Assembly (NCBI GenBank): GCA_041662745.1
Contig: JBAZRV010000009.1
Location: 1 to 13,335 of the forward strand
DNA from: Patescibacteria group bacterium
GTDB taxonomy: Bacteria; Patescibacteriota; Patescibacteriia; 2-01-FULL-39-33
Direction: 5' to 3'
DNA: 13,335 bases
Of the stretch, positions 13,102 to 13,335 are shown in pieces. Numbering within the stretch: position 1 is the first letter of the stretch; each line of letters starts with the position of its first letter. Position numbers and translations under genes: made by a program. Under the pieces are notes generated by a model, which made no database searches, was not told where the DNA came from, and was given only the letters and a program-made list of their open reading frames with translations.

Positions 13102-13335
13102 CGGTTGCTGTCCAAATATGATTGAAGCATGATCATAGCCGCCAAATCGTCATCCTTAGCGCCGGGACGCAATTTTTGCGCCTCCTGGGAGGAAAAACGT
13201 TCATCATGCAAAATTATCTCCGCCTGGGTGTGGTCGGCCAACTCTTCGCTAAAACGCCTGACATTTTCCGTTTGATTGGACGACTCGGCTCGAGTATTAA
13301 TAGGCAGACCCACTACCACTCTGCCCGCATCTTCA
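13098..13335 (-). CDS. ruvX: Holliday-junction resolvase-like nuclease RuvX/YqgF; 3' part only, since the 5' end lies beyond the window
   Basis: VVGLPINTRAESSNQTENVRRFSEEL...HDERFSSQEA...DDLAAMIMLQSYLD matches the YqgF C-terminal pattern (GLP.n.dG...v..F...L...DER.sT..A...D..AA..IL..yL). The reading frame stays open to the window edge. Confidence 0.8.
   Translation of the reverse strand, partial: EDAGRVVVGLPINTRAESSNQTENVRRFSEELADHTQAEIILHDERFSSQEAQKLRPGAKDDDLAAMIMLQSYLDSNR

Noticed and set aside
1-13335. CRISPR arrays, IS or transposon ends, integrases, rRNA genes, and an alternative genetic code (UGA=Gly, code 25)
   Set aside because: No spaced direct repeats or terminal inverted repeats were seen. 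All long ORFs are intact under the standard code, and ruvX ends at a TGA that overlaps the recO ATG, so TGA acts as a stop here.

Overview
This is a gene-dense bacterial window read with the standard code (TGA is used as a stop). It has short intergenic regions, many GC-stem/T-run terminators and near-consensus sigma70-type promoters. Gene content and style suggest a small-genome, Patescibacteria/CPR-like organism; that is inference only, since there is no rRNA here to confirm it.

Recognisable genes on the minus strand are tRNA-Pro(CGG), a SpoU/TrmH methyltransferase, a GT-B glycosyltransferase, HU, a TrmB-like regulator, TypA/BipA, an S11 D-Ala-D-Ala carboxypeptidase, RecO and a 5'-truncated RuvX/YqgF. 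The only plus-strand block (3511-5973) lies divergent from the TrmB-like gene. It encodes a CoaD-like adenylyltransferase fused to a P-loop kinase, a DUF3307 membrane protein, and two paralogous small 2-TM proteins.

I saw no CRISPR array, IS, integrase or rRNA, and nothing I can honestly call a defined new system. The points most worth a second look are:
- the CoaD-kinase fusion, and the perfect 20-bp palindrome downstream of the TrmB-like gene's -10 box;
- a roughly 185-nt multi-hairpin leader in front of an orphan 359-aa 2-TM protein with a C-terminal CxxCxxC;
- a repeated TATAAT-N8/9-ATG (leaderless-type) layout at housekeeping genes, contrasting with strong GGAGG sites on the unknown-function membrane genes;
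- a family-like set of 2-TM proteins of unknown function.
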